Assembly: GCA_021846565.1 (NCBI GenBank)
Contig: JAJZWS010000011.1
Location: forward strand, 4,797 to 68,796
Origin: Bacillota bacterium
Lineage (GTDB): Bacteria; Bacillota; Sulfobacillia; Sulfobacillales; JAIMBI01
Length of the DNA stretch: 64,000 bases
Reading direction: 5' to 3'
Shown piece by piece: positions 1-8,881 of the stretch. The notes below the pieces were generated by a model that was given only the letters and a program-made list of their open reading frames with translations, was not told the origin of the DNA and searched no databases. Every line of letters begins with the position of its first letter. Position 1 is the stretch's first letter. A program made the translations under genes and the position numbers.

Positions 1-593
1 TCCGCCCCCTGCCGAGTGGACCAATCCTGCTAGTCAAACCGCGTCACGGCCTCACGCTCCTTCTGAGGAAGCTTGGTCACCTCGGCCCATACGACGAGAC
101 GCTGCTCCGCATCCGCGCCACCTGCTTCGCGGGCCTCGCCGTGGTACAGCGGCACCGTCGTCGGGCCGCGCCGGGACCTCTTGTACTCATCAACCGGGAT
201 TCGGCGCACCACGGTGAACAGCCAAGCCTCCGACGCCGGGCCGCGGGGAGCACGACGTGATGGCTAGAGCCGCCAGAGGGTTTCCTGTGGGATGTCCTGA
301 ACCAAGTCTCGGTCTTGACAGAGGGTCCAAGCAAGCGTGGACCGCCTCGTCCATCCACATCCCGTCGGATGCTGCCGAACCTGCTGCCCAACCCCGTGGC
401 CCGTGGCGTGCCGCTGTCTTTTGACGGTGCGTAACGCACCCCGGCATCGAGTGACTTCGGCGTGTGCCGGTTTTCCGCACGTCCGTCCCCGAGTCGCTGG
501 CCGCCCCAAACGGGGATCCGCTCCGCGGGCGACCCGAGGCGCCCAAGGGTCCTTCCAGGAGGGTGGGCGGACACTTACCGGATGGCCGACCAT
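1..593 (-). pseudogene. ECF-type sigma-70 family factor interrupted by two in-frame TAG codons (264-266 and 30-32). The 3' end runs off the window.
   Basis: ORFs 264..593 and 30..212 share one frame. The joined translation reads ..QDRDLVQDIPQETLWRL*PSRRAPRGPASEAWLFTVVRRIPVDEYKRSRR..LPQKEREAVTRFD*QDWSTRQGA. This fits ECF region 2 (AEDLVQETFLRaW .. WLftIarN..iD..R) and the start of region 4 (LP..qReV..Lr..G.S..EiA). The first TAG sits where the conserved Trp codon TGG is expected. Third-position GC is high in 30..212. Confidence 0.5.
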
Positions 594-774
594 CGAACGA
601 CGTCAGCCCACCCGGGCAGCCGTGGTCTGGCGACAAGGCCAACGTCTTGCTACAGCGCAGGGGCCACCGATTTTCGCGGGCGGACGGGTAGCCCGTCCCA
701 GTCTCCGGAGGACGCCGCCGCCGGCGTCCCGCCGGTTGTTGGCGTTCCAGGACCCGCCATGCCCAGCGGCAAAA

Positions 775-1206
775 TCAGACCCGGCCGATGAGAGCGGTCT
801 CGTCGCCTCCGAAGATTCGCCGCCGCTTCCAGGGGGGCGGCGTCACCGCCAGCTGCCAAGCTCTGAGCTTCCAGTAGGAGAAGAGAAACCACGGCTCATC
901 CAGGGTCCAGGCGTCCCAAAACACCCAGGCGGGTGTCTCCACGCGGTCGCGCACCGTCAGGTACTCCACCGTCGCCGCGACAAAGCAATCCCACCGATGC
1001 CGCTCGAGGTCTGGCGAGAGGGAAATGGGTTCACGGATGAGGGCCGCCCGGAGCTGGGCATCGGGAAACCGGCGCCAGTCGTCGAGGAAGTTGCCCAGCG
1101 CCACCTCCGGGGTCGACGTCCCTTCCACGACGCGAACCCAGGCGTCAGCCAGGGGCATGGGCTGATACGCCAACACCGTCACGACTATTGCGCCTCCTCC
1201 ATGCAA
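775..1206 (-). CDS. Hypothetical protein, downstream partner of an NTase-fold gene. The likely true start is GTG at 1182.
   Basis: 143-aa ORF from a TTG start. GGAGGAGG lies about 10 nt upstream of GTG 1182, which is 2 nt after the TAG stop of the upstream gene. No domain recognised. Confidence 0.45.
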   Translation of the reverse strand: MHGGGAIVVTVLAYQPMPLADAWVRVVEGTSTPEVALGNFLDDWRRFPDAQLRAALIREPISLSPDLERHRWDCFVAATVEYLTVRDRVETPAWVFWDAWTLDEPWFLFSYWKLRAWQLAVTPPPWKRRRIFGGDETALIGRV

Positions 1207-1694
1207 CCCTCGGCAAAGTACTTGTGGCGGACCGTGAGCAGTCGCTCGGGGACGTATTGTTCCACAATAGCCAGCACGTCCTCTATGGAGTGGAGACCCA
1301 AGTGGCGAATCAACGTGACGGCATCATCGGTGTCGCTCCCGCGTGCCGCATAAATCTTTAGGGCCAACATGTAGTCGGCCGACACGGCGTATACCCGCAG
1401 TCCCGGGAACTCCCGCCAAAGCGTCTGGGGCGGCTCGCGAAAGAAAAATCCCTTGATGCCGTCATTCAGCCAATCCTCAGCCAGCCCGAGGGCTTGCGCC
1501 ACCTCGTGGATCGCTTGGTGAATGGGCCCCGTCGGAGGCGCCAGATAGGCATCCATATCTTTGGTGACATCACGAGCTCCGAGGACCAGAGTCATCCACG
1601 CGCCGCCGGCCATTACGATGTCGGCGGGCACACCCCGGTCCGCCAACTGGCGCCCCAGGCGTTCCAGCGCCATCTCCATCTCTGCCACGGTCAT
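1185..1694 (-). CDS. Minimal nucleotidyltransferase-fold protein (DUF6036-like)
   Basis: 169 aa. Contains an NTase-like GG..x..T.D.D signature (MAGGAWMTLVLGARDVTKDMDAY) and a C-terminal helical part (VSADYMLALKIYAARGSDTDDAVTLI) typical of small MNT-like proteins. Confidence 0.55.
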   Translation of the reverse strand: MTVAEMEMALERLGRQLADRGVPADIVMAGGAWMTLVLGARDVTKDMDAYLAPPTGPIHQAIHEVAQALGLAEDWLNDGIKGFFFREPPQTLWREFPGLRVYAVSADYMLALKIYAARGSDTDDAVTLIRHLGLHSIEDVLAIVEQYVPERLLTVRHKYFAEGCMEEAQ

Positions 1695-1791
1695 GGCAAC
1701 GGCCTATCCTCCCGCTGTTAGGTGGGGCCCCTCACGAAGGAATGCTTAAGGGGGGGTCCTCTTCGGCCAGCATACCATGGGAGCCGACGGG

Positions 1792-2919
1792 CTACCGCTC
1801 TGCCGAGAGCGTGGCGGCCATCAGCCGGTGAAAGTGATGCACCCCGTTCTCCCGCGCGGCAACGAAGCGGCCGCGGTCGTAGCTGGCCGACTGCAGCCCC
1901 CGTGCTACATGCTCGCAGATCACGATGTCCTCCTGCTGAACCTCGTCCGAAAAGGCCACCGTGTCGCGAACGGCCGCCTCATCGGTTCCCGGCTGAAAGA
2001 ACCACTCGAAGATCGTCAGCGTCCGATCCACGCCCATTGGCAGGATCACATTGGTGGACACGTTGTCCGGGTAGATGTTCAGCATGAGGTTGGGCCAAAT
2101 CCAGTAGTACAGCGCCTCGGTCCCGGCGTCGTACCGGCCGTAGCCGCTGTGCGCCGCTCCGGTGCCGGCCGACCGCGTGGGGCTGAACTGCTTCGAATAG
2201 TGCCCCCGCGGCTCCACCTGGTAGCGCGCGTAGTCCAACTCCCGAAACAGTCCGGGGTGGACGATGGGGATGTGATATCCCTCCAGGTAGTTGTCGACGT
2301 ACACTTTCCAGTTGCACTGGAGCTCGTAGTCCCGCCGCACGCGGGGAACCACCCGCGCAAGGTCAAACCCGGCCGCGCGCATCTCCTGACCAATCGGGGC
2401 CATCACCGCCTCGAGCGGCGGTGCCGCAGGATCCAGATTCACAAAGACCAGAGGCCCCCACACCGCGACCGCCACGGGGACCAACCCGAACGCCTCGGGC
2501 TCAAAGTGCCCAGTGCCTTCGATCTCCCGCGCCTGACGCAGCCGGCCGTCCAACCCATACGTCCATCCGTGATAGGCGCACTGAAACCCGCGCCGACAGC
2601 CGGACCCCAGCGCCACCGGCCCGGCACGGTGCCGGCAGACGTTGTAAAACGCGCGCAGCAGGCCATCGTCGCCCCTCACCAGCAGCAGCGGCTCGCCCAC
2701 CAGGTTCATGGTCACGTAGTCCCCCGGATTCGCGAGCGCCGCGGCGTGGGCCACCAGCTGCCAGCTGGCGCCGAACACCCGCTCCCGCTCGGCCTGGAAA
2801 ATATCGGCCTGGGTGTACCAGTGGGACGGCAGGGTGAAGGCGTCGGCCACATCTGCTGCCACCAGCGGCCCCTCGCGGTTGGATTCGCCGGTATGGCCGT
2901 GGCTCATTGCGCTCATCAC
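1792..2919 (-). CDS. Rieske [2Fe-2S] aromatic-ring-hydroxylating oxygenase, alpha-subunit type
   Basis: 375 aa. Rieske motif CRHRAGP ..(17).. CAYHGW, followed by a catalytic domain with YLEGYHIPIVHP. AGGAGGAG RBS before the GTG start. Confidence 0.85.
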   Translation of the reverse strand: MMSAMSHGHTGESNREGPLVAADVADAFTLPSHWYTQADIFQAERERVFGASWQLVAHAAALANPGDYVTMNLVGEPLLLVRGDDGLLRAFYNVCRHRAGPVALGSGCRRGFQCAYHGWTYGLDGRLRQAREIEGTGHFEPEAFGLVPVAVAVWGPLVFVNLDPAAPPLEAVMAPIGQEMRAAGFDLARVVPRVRRDYELQCNWKVYVDNYLEGYHIPIVHPGLFRELDYARYQVEPRGHYSKQFSPTRSAGTGAAHSGYGRYDAGTEALYYWIWPNLMLNIYPDNVSTNVILPMGVDRTLTIFEWFFQPGTDEAAVRDTVAFSDEVQQEDIVICEHVARGLQSASYDRGRFVAARENGVHHFHRLMAATLSAER

Positions 2920-3069
2920 GAAGACTCCTCCTGGCTCCTATTCCCTGGGACCATCCACCCCATGATAGCGCATCAGCCACCTCACGCGGCACCGCCTCCT
3001 TCACGCGTGCGGCCGACTCGCCGGTGCCCTCCACCCGCCCCATCTATCGCTCCGCCTGCCCGACAACAC

Positions 3070-4005
3070 CTATGCTTTCCACCCGCCTATGAAGCGAGCT
3101 CCATGCCGGAGGAGTGTCCACCGGCTATCGGTGGCGGGTGCCGCCACCCCATCATCCTCCTGGCTCCACGCCAGGGACAGCGCCGTGTGCACGAGCGTCC
3201 AGCCCAGCACCCGCCCGCCGTCGAGCAGAAGACGCTCGGCCAGAGCCCCCGCCATGCGCTCTGACGGCCCGGATGAGCGCATCCACCGATTCATCAAAAA
3301 GCAGGCGGGTTCGTAGGCCGGATCGCCCCAGACCCCTTTGGGGTCAATGGCATAAAAAGCCCCACCCCCCGCCGCCAAAATATTTTCGTCATGCAGATCG
3401 CCGTGCAGCAGAGACGGGTCACGGGTGGAGGCGGCCAGCCGATGGGCCACGGCCACCACCCACTGCGCGAGGCGCCCTTGCCCCTTCGACAGGGTGGCTT
3501 GCCACACCTCCAGCGCGCCCAGCTGGTGGTCCAGGGTGGGAAATGGGGCGGTCGATGCGCCGGTGCCCTCGGGGTCCGGTACCACCCGGGGCAGGGAGGA
3601 AGCCACCTGGCACCAGGCGTCGACCGCCGCCTGGTCATCGAGCTCCTGGGAGAGCGCGTGTCCGGGCACCACCCGTCCCAGCCACAGCACCCCCTCGTCC
3701 GGAGCGGAAGCAATCAGCGGCACCAGGCCAGGGCTGGCAAGCCGCGTCAGCACCACGGCCTCGCGCCGAGTTCCGGGGTCAGCCGGGGGTCGGCACTTTA
3801 GAACCCCTGGTTGGCCGGAAACATCGTGCACGGCCACCACGACGCTTTCCCAGCCCGTCGCCAGCGGGCCCAGCACCGTTAGGTCCCAAGACGTTGCCAC
3901 CATCGCCACGCGGTCGGGCAGGTCGTGGGCCGCGCAGCGACCGGCGGCCCCATGTCGGCGCTCCCACCCAGGCCGCACCACCGTCACGGCGTGCTCCCAG
4001 TCCAT
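3070..4005 (-). CDS. Aminoglycoside/streptomycin 6-kinase family phosphotransferase (APH(6)-like)
   Basis: 311 aa. Kinase catalytic loop LLHGDLHDENIL and IDPKGVWGDPAYE, typical of the APH_6_hur family. AAGGGAGGGAGG RBS. Confidence 0.75.
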   Translation of the reverse strand: MDWEHAVTVVRPGWERRHGAAGRCAAHDLPDRVAMVATSWDLTVLGPLATGWESVVVAVHDVSGQPGVLKCRPPADPGTRREAVVLTRLASPGLVPLIASAPDEGVLWLGRVVPGHALSQELDDQAAVDAWCQVASSLPRVVPDPEGTGASTAPFPTLDHQLGALEVWQATLSKGQGRLAQWVVAVAHRLAASTRDPSLLHGDLHDENILAAGGGAFYAIDPKGVWGDPAYEPACFLMNRWMRSSGPSERMAGALAERLLLDGGRVLGWTLVHTALSLAWSQEDDGVAAPATDSRWTLLRHGARFIGGWKA

Positions 4006-4106
4006 GTTCCTCCCTCCCTTCTCTTCGGCGTGAGCCCGCCCGACAGCTCACACGCATTGTGACAGACGTTCGCCCATAGGGGATAGGACCCGGCTGCTGG
4101 CCGGAG

Positions 4107-4868
4107 GTGCCGCGCGGATGCCAGAGGGAGGTGCGGCCGGTGGCCCATGTGGTCCTGTCGAGTCTGCTGGCGGGCCTGTTCACGCCCGTGGGGGCCTGGT
4201 TTATCCTGAGCCGCCGGCGCGTGTCGCCCGCCACCCTCTCCTTTACGCTCGCTCTGGCGTCCGGCGTCATGGTGACCGTCGTCGCCACCGAATTGGTCCC
4301 CACCGGCCTCCGACTGGCTGGCGGGCCGACGCTTCTGGCCGCCGGCGTGGCCGGCGCGCTCCTGTTGGCGCTGCTGCGCGGAGCCGCGGCGGAATGGCAG
4401 GGGTCGGGCGCGGGAGAGCCGTCGCGCCTGCGCTTTGTAGGCTGGTTCATCGCCATCGCCATCGCGTTGCACGACATCCCCGAAGGCATGGCGATTGGAG
4501 CCGGCGATGCGGTGGGACGGAGTCTCGGGATCGTCATCGCATTCGCCATCGCGCTGCACAACATCCCGGAGGGCATGAGCATCGCCGCGCCCCTGGCCCT
4601 CGCCGGGGAGCCGCGGCGGCGCATTCTCCTCGCCACCGCGGCCATTGGGCTCGTGACGCCGCTGGGTACCCTGCTGTCTCTGGCCATCGGGCATCTGGGC
4701 CCCGAGTGGTCGGCGATGGTGCTGGGGCTGGCGTCAGGCGCCATGGTGTACGTTGTTGGGCGGGACACCCTCCCGGAGTCCCTCGCTGCAAGCCGCCCCA
4801 TCGCGCTGGCCGGGACGGCCGCCGGCGCCGCCCTGATGTTGGCGCTGGCCGCCGTGCATGGGCTTTGA
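4107..4868 (+). CDS. ZIP family divalent-metal (zinc) transporter. The probable start is GTG 4140.
   Basis: Duplicated signature HDIPEGMAIGAG / HNIPEGMSIAAP and multiple TM segments. GGGAGGTG lies 6 nt before GTG 4140. Confidence 0.85.
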   Translation: MPRGCQREVRPVAHVVLSSLLAGLFTPVGAWFILSRRRVSPATLSFTLALASGVMVTVVATELVPTGLRLAGGPTLLAAGVAGALLLALLRGAAAEWQGSGAGEPSRLRFVGWFIAIAIALHDIPEGMAIGAGDAVGRSLGIVIAFAIALHNIPEGMSIAAPLALAGEPRRRILLATAAIGLVTPLGTLLSLAIGHLGPEWSAMVLGLASGAMVYVVGRDTLPESLAASRPIALAGTAAGAALMLALAAVHGL

Positions 4869-4912
4869 AGCCGGCCCGTATCCGCCAACCCGATCGGCGC
4901 CACGCTACCGCC

Positions 4913-5743
4913 ATGGCAAGTGCAGAGTTTCCCTCCCGGCGCATGCGCTGGTGGCTCGCGGCCGCCGCGGGCGCGACGCTCTGGATCGCATCGCTGGCGC
5001 TCCTGACCTCCCCGGGCCGGTCGGCTGCCGGTCCCCGGATTCCGGTACTGGTGGTGGGCGGATCGGCGGCGGCGGGGTGGCGCGACGGCACCGGCCCCGG
5101 CTACGTCGCCCGAGGCCTCATCCGGTACGCCCGGCGGGCGGGTCTCACGCTCCGGATCGCGAACCAGGCCATTCCCGGCGCCCGCGTGGTAAACCGCCTG
5201 ACCCAGCGGGATTTGGCGGCGTGGATTCGCCGGCCCACGCCGCACCGGCTGGTGGTGCTGGCGTGGGGCATTTTGAACGATCTTCGGCACCACACGCCCG
5301 CCCCCGCCATGGCACGTGCGCTGCATCGTCAGATTGAGACGGCGTTGGCGGCTCACGCCGTCGTGCTGGTCGTAACCCCCGCGGTCACCCGAGCCTCGTT
5401 TGAAGAGGACCGGCTGGCCGAACCGGCCGCCGTGCGGCAGGAACTGGCGGTGGCACAAAGCTTTCATTCATCCCGGCCCTCCCGGCCCTCCCGGCCCTCC
5501 TACGTGTACGAGGTGAACGTGTTTGGCGCGATGAAGCAGTATTTGGCGGTGCACCACGTCGCCTACCACCGCCTGATGGCGGGGCGGTGGCATCCCAACA
5601 CGGCGGGACACCGCCTGGCCGGCAGGCTCTTGGCCCAGGCCCTGGTGACGCTGTGGGGCCCACCGGCTGGCCCTCCACCGGCGCTGGCGCCCCCACCCCC
5701 GCGTCCAGCGGGGCGGGCGGCGGCGCTCATGGGACCTGCCTAA
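4913..5743 (+). CDS. Secreted or membrane-anchored SGNH/GDSL-like hydrolase
   Basis: This is the in-frame ATG at 4913 inside the long 4118..5743 ORF. N-terminal hydrophobic segment WWLAAAAGATLWIASLALL, then VLVVGGSAAAGW .. LAWGILND .. HPNTAGHRL, resembling SGNH blocks I, III and V. Confidence 0.6.
   Translation: MASAEFPSRRMRWWLAAAAGATLWIASLALLTSPGRSAAGPRIPVLVVGGSAAAGWRDGTGPGYVARGLIRYARRAGLTLRIANQAIPGARVVNRLTQRDLAAWIRRPTPHRLVVLAWGILNDLRHHTPAPAMARALHRQIETALAAHAVVLVVTPAVTRASFEEDRLAEPAAVRQELAVAQSFHSSRPSRPSRPSYVYEVNVFGAMKQYLAVHHVAYHRLMAGRWHPNTAGHRLAGRLLAQALVTLWGPPAGPPPALAPPPPRPAGRAAALMGPA
5471..5497 (+). repeat. Perfect 9-bp tandem repeat (TCCCGGCCC)x3 inside the SGNH hydrolase gene, encoding SRPSRPSRP
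   Basis: Read directly: tcccggccc tcccggccc tcccggccc. Confidence 0.9.
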
Positions 5744-6198
5744 AGGGGACTCGGCCGCAGCATGCCTTCCAACGCCTTCGCGGCGGCCTCATCCTGGGCT
5801 ACCAGCAACAGGGTGTCATCCCCCGCGATGGTGCCCAACAGCCCGGGCACCGTCATCACGTCCAGCACCGCACCCACCGCGTGCGCATTGCCCGGCAACA
5901 CCTTCAGCACCAGCAAGTTGTTGGCGCGGGCCAGCGACTGGTAAGCTTCGGCCAACAGTCGGCCCAACCGCACTTCCGGGGCCGGTCCCGCCGGGCCGGC
6001 GGGCACGTGGTAGCGATGGCCTCCGTCGGCCGTCGGCACCTTCACCAGATTCAAGTCCCGAATATCGCGTGACACCGTGGCCTGCGCGGCGGGAAACCCG
6101 GCTCGCGCCAACGCGGCGGCCACCTCCTCCTGCGTGCCGAGGGACTCACGCTCCACCAACTCACGCAGGAACCGCTGACGCACTTCTTTCACTTGCAC
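5740..6198 (-). CDS. argR: Arginine repressor
   Basis: 152 aa. N-terminal wHTH QEEVAAALARAGFPAAQATVSRDIRDL and a C-terminal oligomerisation/arginine-binding part GTIAGDDTLLLV. GTG start with a GGGGGAGG RBS, 18 nt after the argH stop. Confidence 0.9.
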   Translation of the reverse strand: MQVKEVRQRFLRELVERESLGTQEEVAAALARAGFPAAQATVSRDIRDLNLVKVPTADGGHRYHVPAGPAGPAPEVRLGRLLAEAYQSLARANNLLVLKVLPGNAHAVGAVLDVMTVPGLLGTIAGDDTLLLVAQDEAAAKALEGMLRPSPL

Positions 6199-6216
6199 GC
6201 ACGGCCTCCCCCGGCA

Positions 6217-7530
6217 TTATACCGGCTCGGCCACCGCCCTACGCAGCGCCGCCAGCTGGCGGGCGATGCTCAGCGGCCCCGGACCCATCACCCGGTCGCG
6301 CTCCGTGAGGCTCTGGGCCACAGCCGCCCCGGGGGCGGCGGGACTCTGGCGCCAATCGCGTGAGGACGCCACCTGACCATGGGCCTGGCGAAATGGCATG
6401 CCCTCCTCCACCAGCCGGTCGGCTTGGTCCGTCGCCAACAGGTCGGTGGTGAGGGCCGCCCCGGTGCGCTCGGGACGAAAGGTGAGCGCCCCCACAAGGC
6501 CGGTGGCCGCGTCAATGGCGCCCGAGGCCGTGTCATGCGTCCCAAACAGGTAGCCCTTGTCTTCTTGCAGGTCGCGGTTGTACGCCAGCGGCAAGCCCTT
6601 CAACAACGTCAGGAGGCCGGTTAGATGCGCCACCCCCCGGGCCGAGCGGCCCCGCAGCAACTCGGCCACATCCGGGTTTTTCTTGTGCGGCATCATGCTG
6701 GACCCGGTGGCCCACGCGTCGGCCAGTTCGACGAACCCAAATTCGGCCGAGCTCCAGATCACCAGTTCTTCGCCCCAGCGCGACAGGTGCGAGAGGGTGA
6801 GCGCCGCGGCAAACACAAACTCCGCCACGAAGTCCCGGTCCGATACTGCGTCAAGGCTGTTGAGATAGACGGCGGGCCATCCCAGCTGCTGGGCCACGGT
6901 CAGGGGGTCCACTTTAAGGGTCGACCCGGCCAGCGCGCCAGCGCCTAAGGGTGACACCTGGGCCCGCCGCGCCACGTCGCCCAAGCGCTCACGGTCGCGC
7001 TGCCACATGAAGCCATACGCCAAAAGGTGATGGCCCACCGTGATGGGCTGCGCCCGCTGCAGATGGGTGTAGCCGGGCATCGGCAGCGCGGCGTGGATTT
7101 CGGCGACATCGGCGAGCCGCAGGATCAGGCGGGCGAGCGCGGCCGCAAGTTCACGGGCCGCGTCCACGACATAGAGATGCAGATCCAGGGCCACCTGATC
7201 GTTTCGGCTGCGGGCCGTGTGCAGACGCCCCGCCACCGGCCCCAGGCGTTGGGACAGTTCCTGCTCCACCGCCGTGTGGACATCCTCCGCCGCCTCGTCC
7301 CACGGAGGGCAGCCCGCGTCCACCTCCGCCAGCAGCTCCCGCAGGCCGGCCGTCAACTGGTCGCGATCCAGAGGCGTGAGCAGGCCCACCGCCCCCAGCA
7401 TGTCCACGTGCGCCAGACTGCCCACCAGATCGACGTGGGCCAACCGCCAGTCCCAGGACACGGTGCCGGTAAATGCCCGTGCGTCCGGGTGCGATCCTTC
7501 GGGCAGGCGCCCCGCCCACAGGTCAGGCAT
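6217..7530 (-). CDS. argH: Argininosuccinate lyase
   Basis: Lyase_1/fumarase family with the GSSMMPHKKNPD signature. Start MPDLWAGRL at 7530 overlaps the argG stop by 8 nt (ATGCCTGA). The longer 7656 start in the ORF track runs inside argG. Confidence 0.92.
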   Translation of the reverse strand: MPDLWAGRLPEGSHPDARAFTGTVSWDWRLAHVDLVGSLAHVDMLGAVGLLTPLDRDQLTAGLRELLAEVDAGCPPWDEAAEDVHTAVEQELSQRLGPVAGRLHTARSRNDQVALDLHLYVVDAARELAAALARLILRLADVAEIHAALPMPGYTHLQRAQPITVGHHLLAYGFMWQRDRERLGDVARRAQVSPLGAGALAGSTLKVDPLTVAQQLGWPAVYLNSLDAVSDRDFVAEFVFAAALTLSHLSRWGEELVIWSSAEFGFVELADAWATGSSMMPHKKNPDVAELLRGRSARGVAHLTGLLTLLKGLPLAYNRDLQEDKGYLFGTHDTASGAIDAATGLVGALTFRPERTGAALTTDLLATDQADRLVEEGMPFRQAHGQVASSRDWRQSPAAPGAAVAQSLTERDRVMGPGPLSIARQLAALRRAVAEPV

Positions 7531-8800
7531 GCTGCATCGAGGCCACCTGCACGCCCAATACCTCCAACTCCACCGGCTCGATGGGGCGCACGCGCGCGCG
7601 CGTCCGGAGCCCGAGGCCAAACAGCGCCACAAAGCCTTCGGCACTCTTGTGGTCAAAGGCGTCTCCGCTGCCGTACGTGGCCAGGTCCGTGCGATAGAGG
7701 CTCTTTTCCGCCTGGCGCCCCACCACAGTCACGCGGCCGTGGGCCAACGCCAGCGTCACTTCGCCCGTCACCGGCTGGTTCGCCTCCGTCATGAACGCGT
7801 CGAGCGCTTCGCGCGAGGGCGTATACCAGAGCCCCTCGTACGCCAGCCGCGCGTACTCGCCCGCCAGGCTGGCTTTCAGGCGCGCCAGATCGCGCGTCAG
7901 CACCAGCTGCTCCAGCGCCTGGTGGGCCGCGAGCAGCGTGACCGCCGCCGGGGCTTCGTAAACTTCGCGCGACTTGATGCCCACCAGCCGGTTTTCAATG
8001 CTGTCGATACGACCCACGCCCGCACGGCCGGCCAATTCGTTCAGGCTGGCGAGGAGCGTGGGCAGCGGGAGCGCTTTCCCGTTCAGCGCCACGGGCACCC
8101 CATGGAGAAATTCCACCGTGATGCTTGCGGACACCGAGTTCGCGTCGGGATCGGCCGTCCACGACCACGCGTCGTCGGGCACTGGGTTCATGGGGTTTTC
8201 CAGGACGCCGCCTTCCACGCTGCGCCCCCACAGGTTCACGTCCACGCTGTAGGGCGCGGCCGCGGTGACGGGGATGGCAATACCGTGAGTTTGCGCGTAC
8301 TCGATCTCCTGGTCGCGCGTGTAGGCCCACTCACGGACGGGTGCCACCACGGTGAGGGACGGATCCAGCGCCGCCACCGCCACATCGAAGCGAACCTGGT
8401 CGTTGCCCTTGCCGGTGCAGCCGTGCGCCACGGCCGTGGCGCCTTCGCGGTGCGCCACGGCTACCAGCAACTCCGCGATGAGCGGACGCGACAGCGCGGA
8501 CGCCAGCGGATACACCCCTTCGTACAGAGCGTCGGCTTTCAACGCCGGCGCGATGAAGCGCTCCGCAAAGTGTGCCTTGGCATCCACGGCATACGCGCGG
8601 GGGACCCCCAGATGCACCGCCTTGTCCTGAATGGCCGCCAAGTTCGTGTTGGCCCCCACGTCCACCACCAGCGTGACAACTTCCCAGCCTACGTCTTGCA
8701 GCCACTTGATCGCCACACTGGTGTCAAGTCCCCCCGAATACGCCAGGACAATCTTCTTCTTCGTCGTGTGCGTCGCGGTCGCGTTCGTCGTGTTTCCCAC
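7523..8800 (-). CDS. argG: Argininosuccinate synthase
   Basis: 425 aa. IVLAYSGGLDTSV ATP-PPase motif and GCTGKGNDQVRF. Confidence 0.95.
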   Translation of the reverse strand: MGNTTNATATHTTKKKIVLAYSGGLDTSVAIKWLQDVGWEVVTLVVDVGANTNLAAIQDKAVHLGVPRAYAVDAKAHFAERFIAPALKADALYEGVYPLASALSRPLIAELLVAVAHREGATAVAHGCTGKGNDQVRFDVAVAALDPSLTVVAPVREWAYTRDQEIEYAQTHGIAIPVTAAAPYSVDVNLWGRSVEGGVLENPMNPVPDDAWSWTADPDANSVSASITVEFLHGVPVALNGKALPLPTLLASLNELAGRAGVGRIDSIENRLVGIKSREVYEAPAAVTLLAAHQALEQLVLTRDLARLKASLAGEYARLAYEGLWYTPSREALDAFMTEANQPVTGEVTLALAHGRVTVVGRQAEKSLYRTDLATYGSGDAFDHKSAEGFVALFGLGLRTRARVRPIEPVELEVLGVQVASMQHA

Positions 8801-8881
8801 AGCGCGGTTTCCCCTTTCAACTCAGAACCCGAGTGCGGAGCGGGTCGGGTCGTGCTTCTCCGTCATCCGGCTACCGGTATT

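Noticed and set aside
30-266. In-frame TAG codons as programmed recoding (pyrrolysine or suppression)
   Set aside because: TAG is used as an ordinary stop by neighbouring genes (the gerAA-type gene at 31973, the NTase gene at 1185). No pyl genes occur in the window. The first TAG is one transition away from the expected Trp codon.
200-775. Possible large structured ncRNA (nested GC hairpins such as GGTGCG-TAA-CGCACC and GGGTGGGC..GCCCACCC; I considered RNase P, a group II intron and OLE-like RNAs)
   Set aside because: The conserved cores of those RNAs are absent (for example GGAAAGTCCGGGC of RNase P, or a domain V hairpin). Most of the stretch is better explained as the ECF sigma reading frame. 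Only 594-774 remains intergenic, and it holds two plain hairpins.
1777-3264. 495-aa plus-strand ORF overlapping the Rieske oxygenase and APH genes
   Set aside because: It is the antisense shadow of well-supported minus-strand genes in GC-rich DNA. The translation is Arg/Pro/Gly/His-rich with no motif.
3779-5467. 562-aa minus-strand ORF across the ZIP transporter and SGNH hydrolase genes
   Set aside because: Shadow ORF of low complexity (R/P/G/A-rich). The opposite strand carries clear family motifs.
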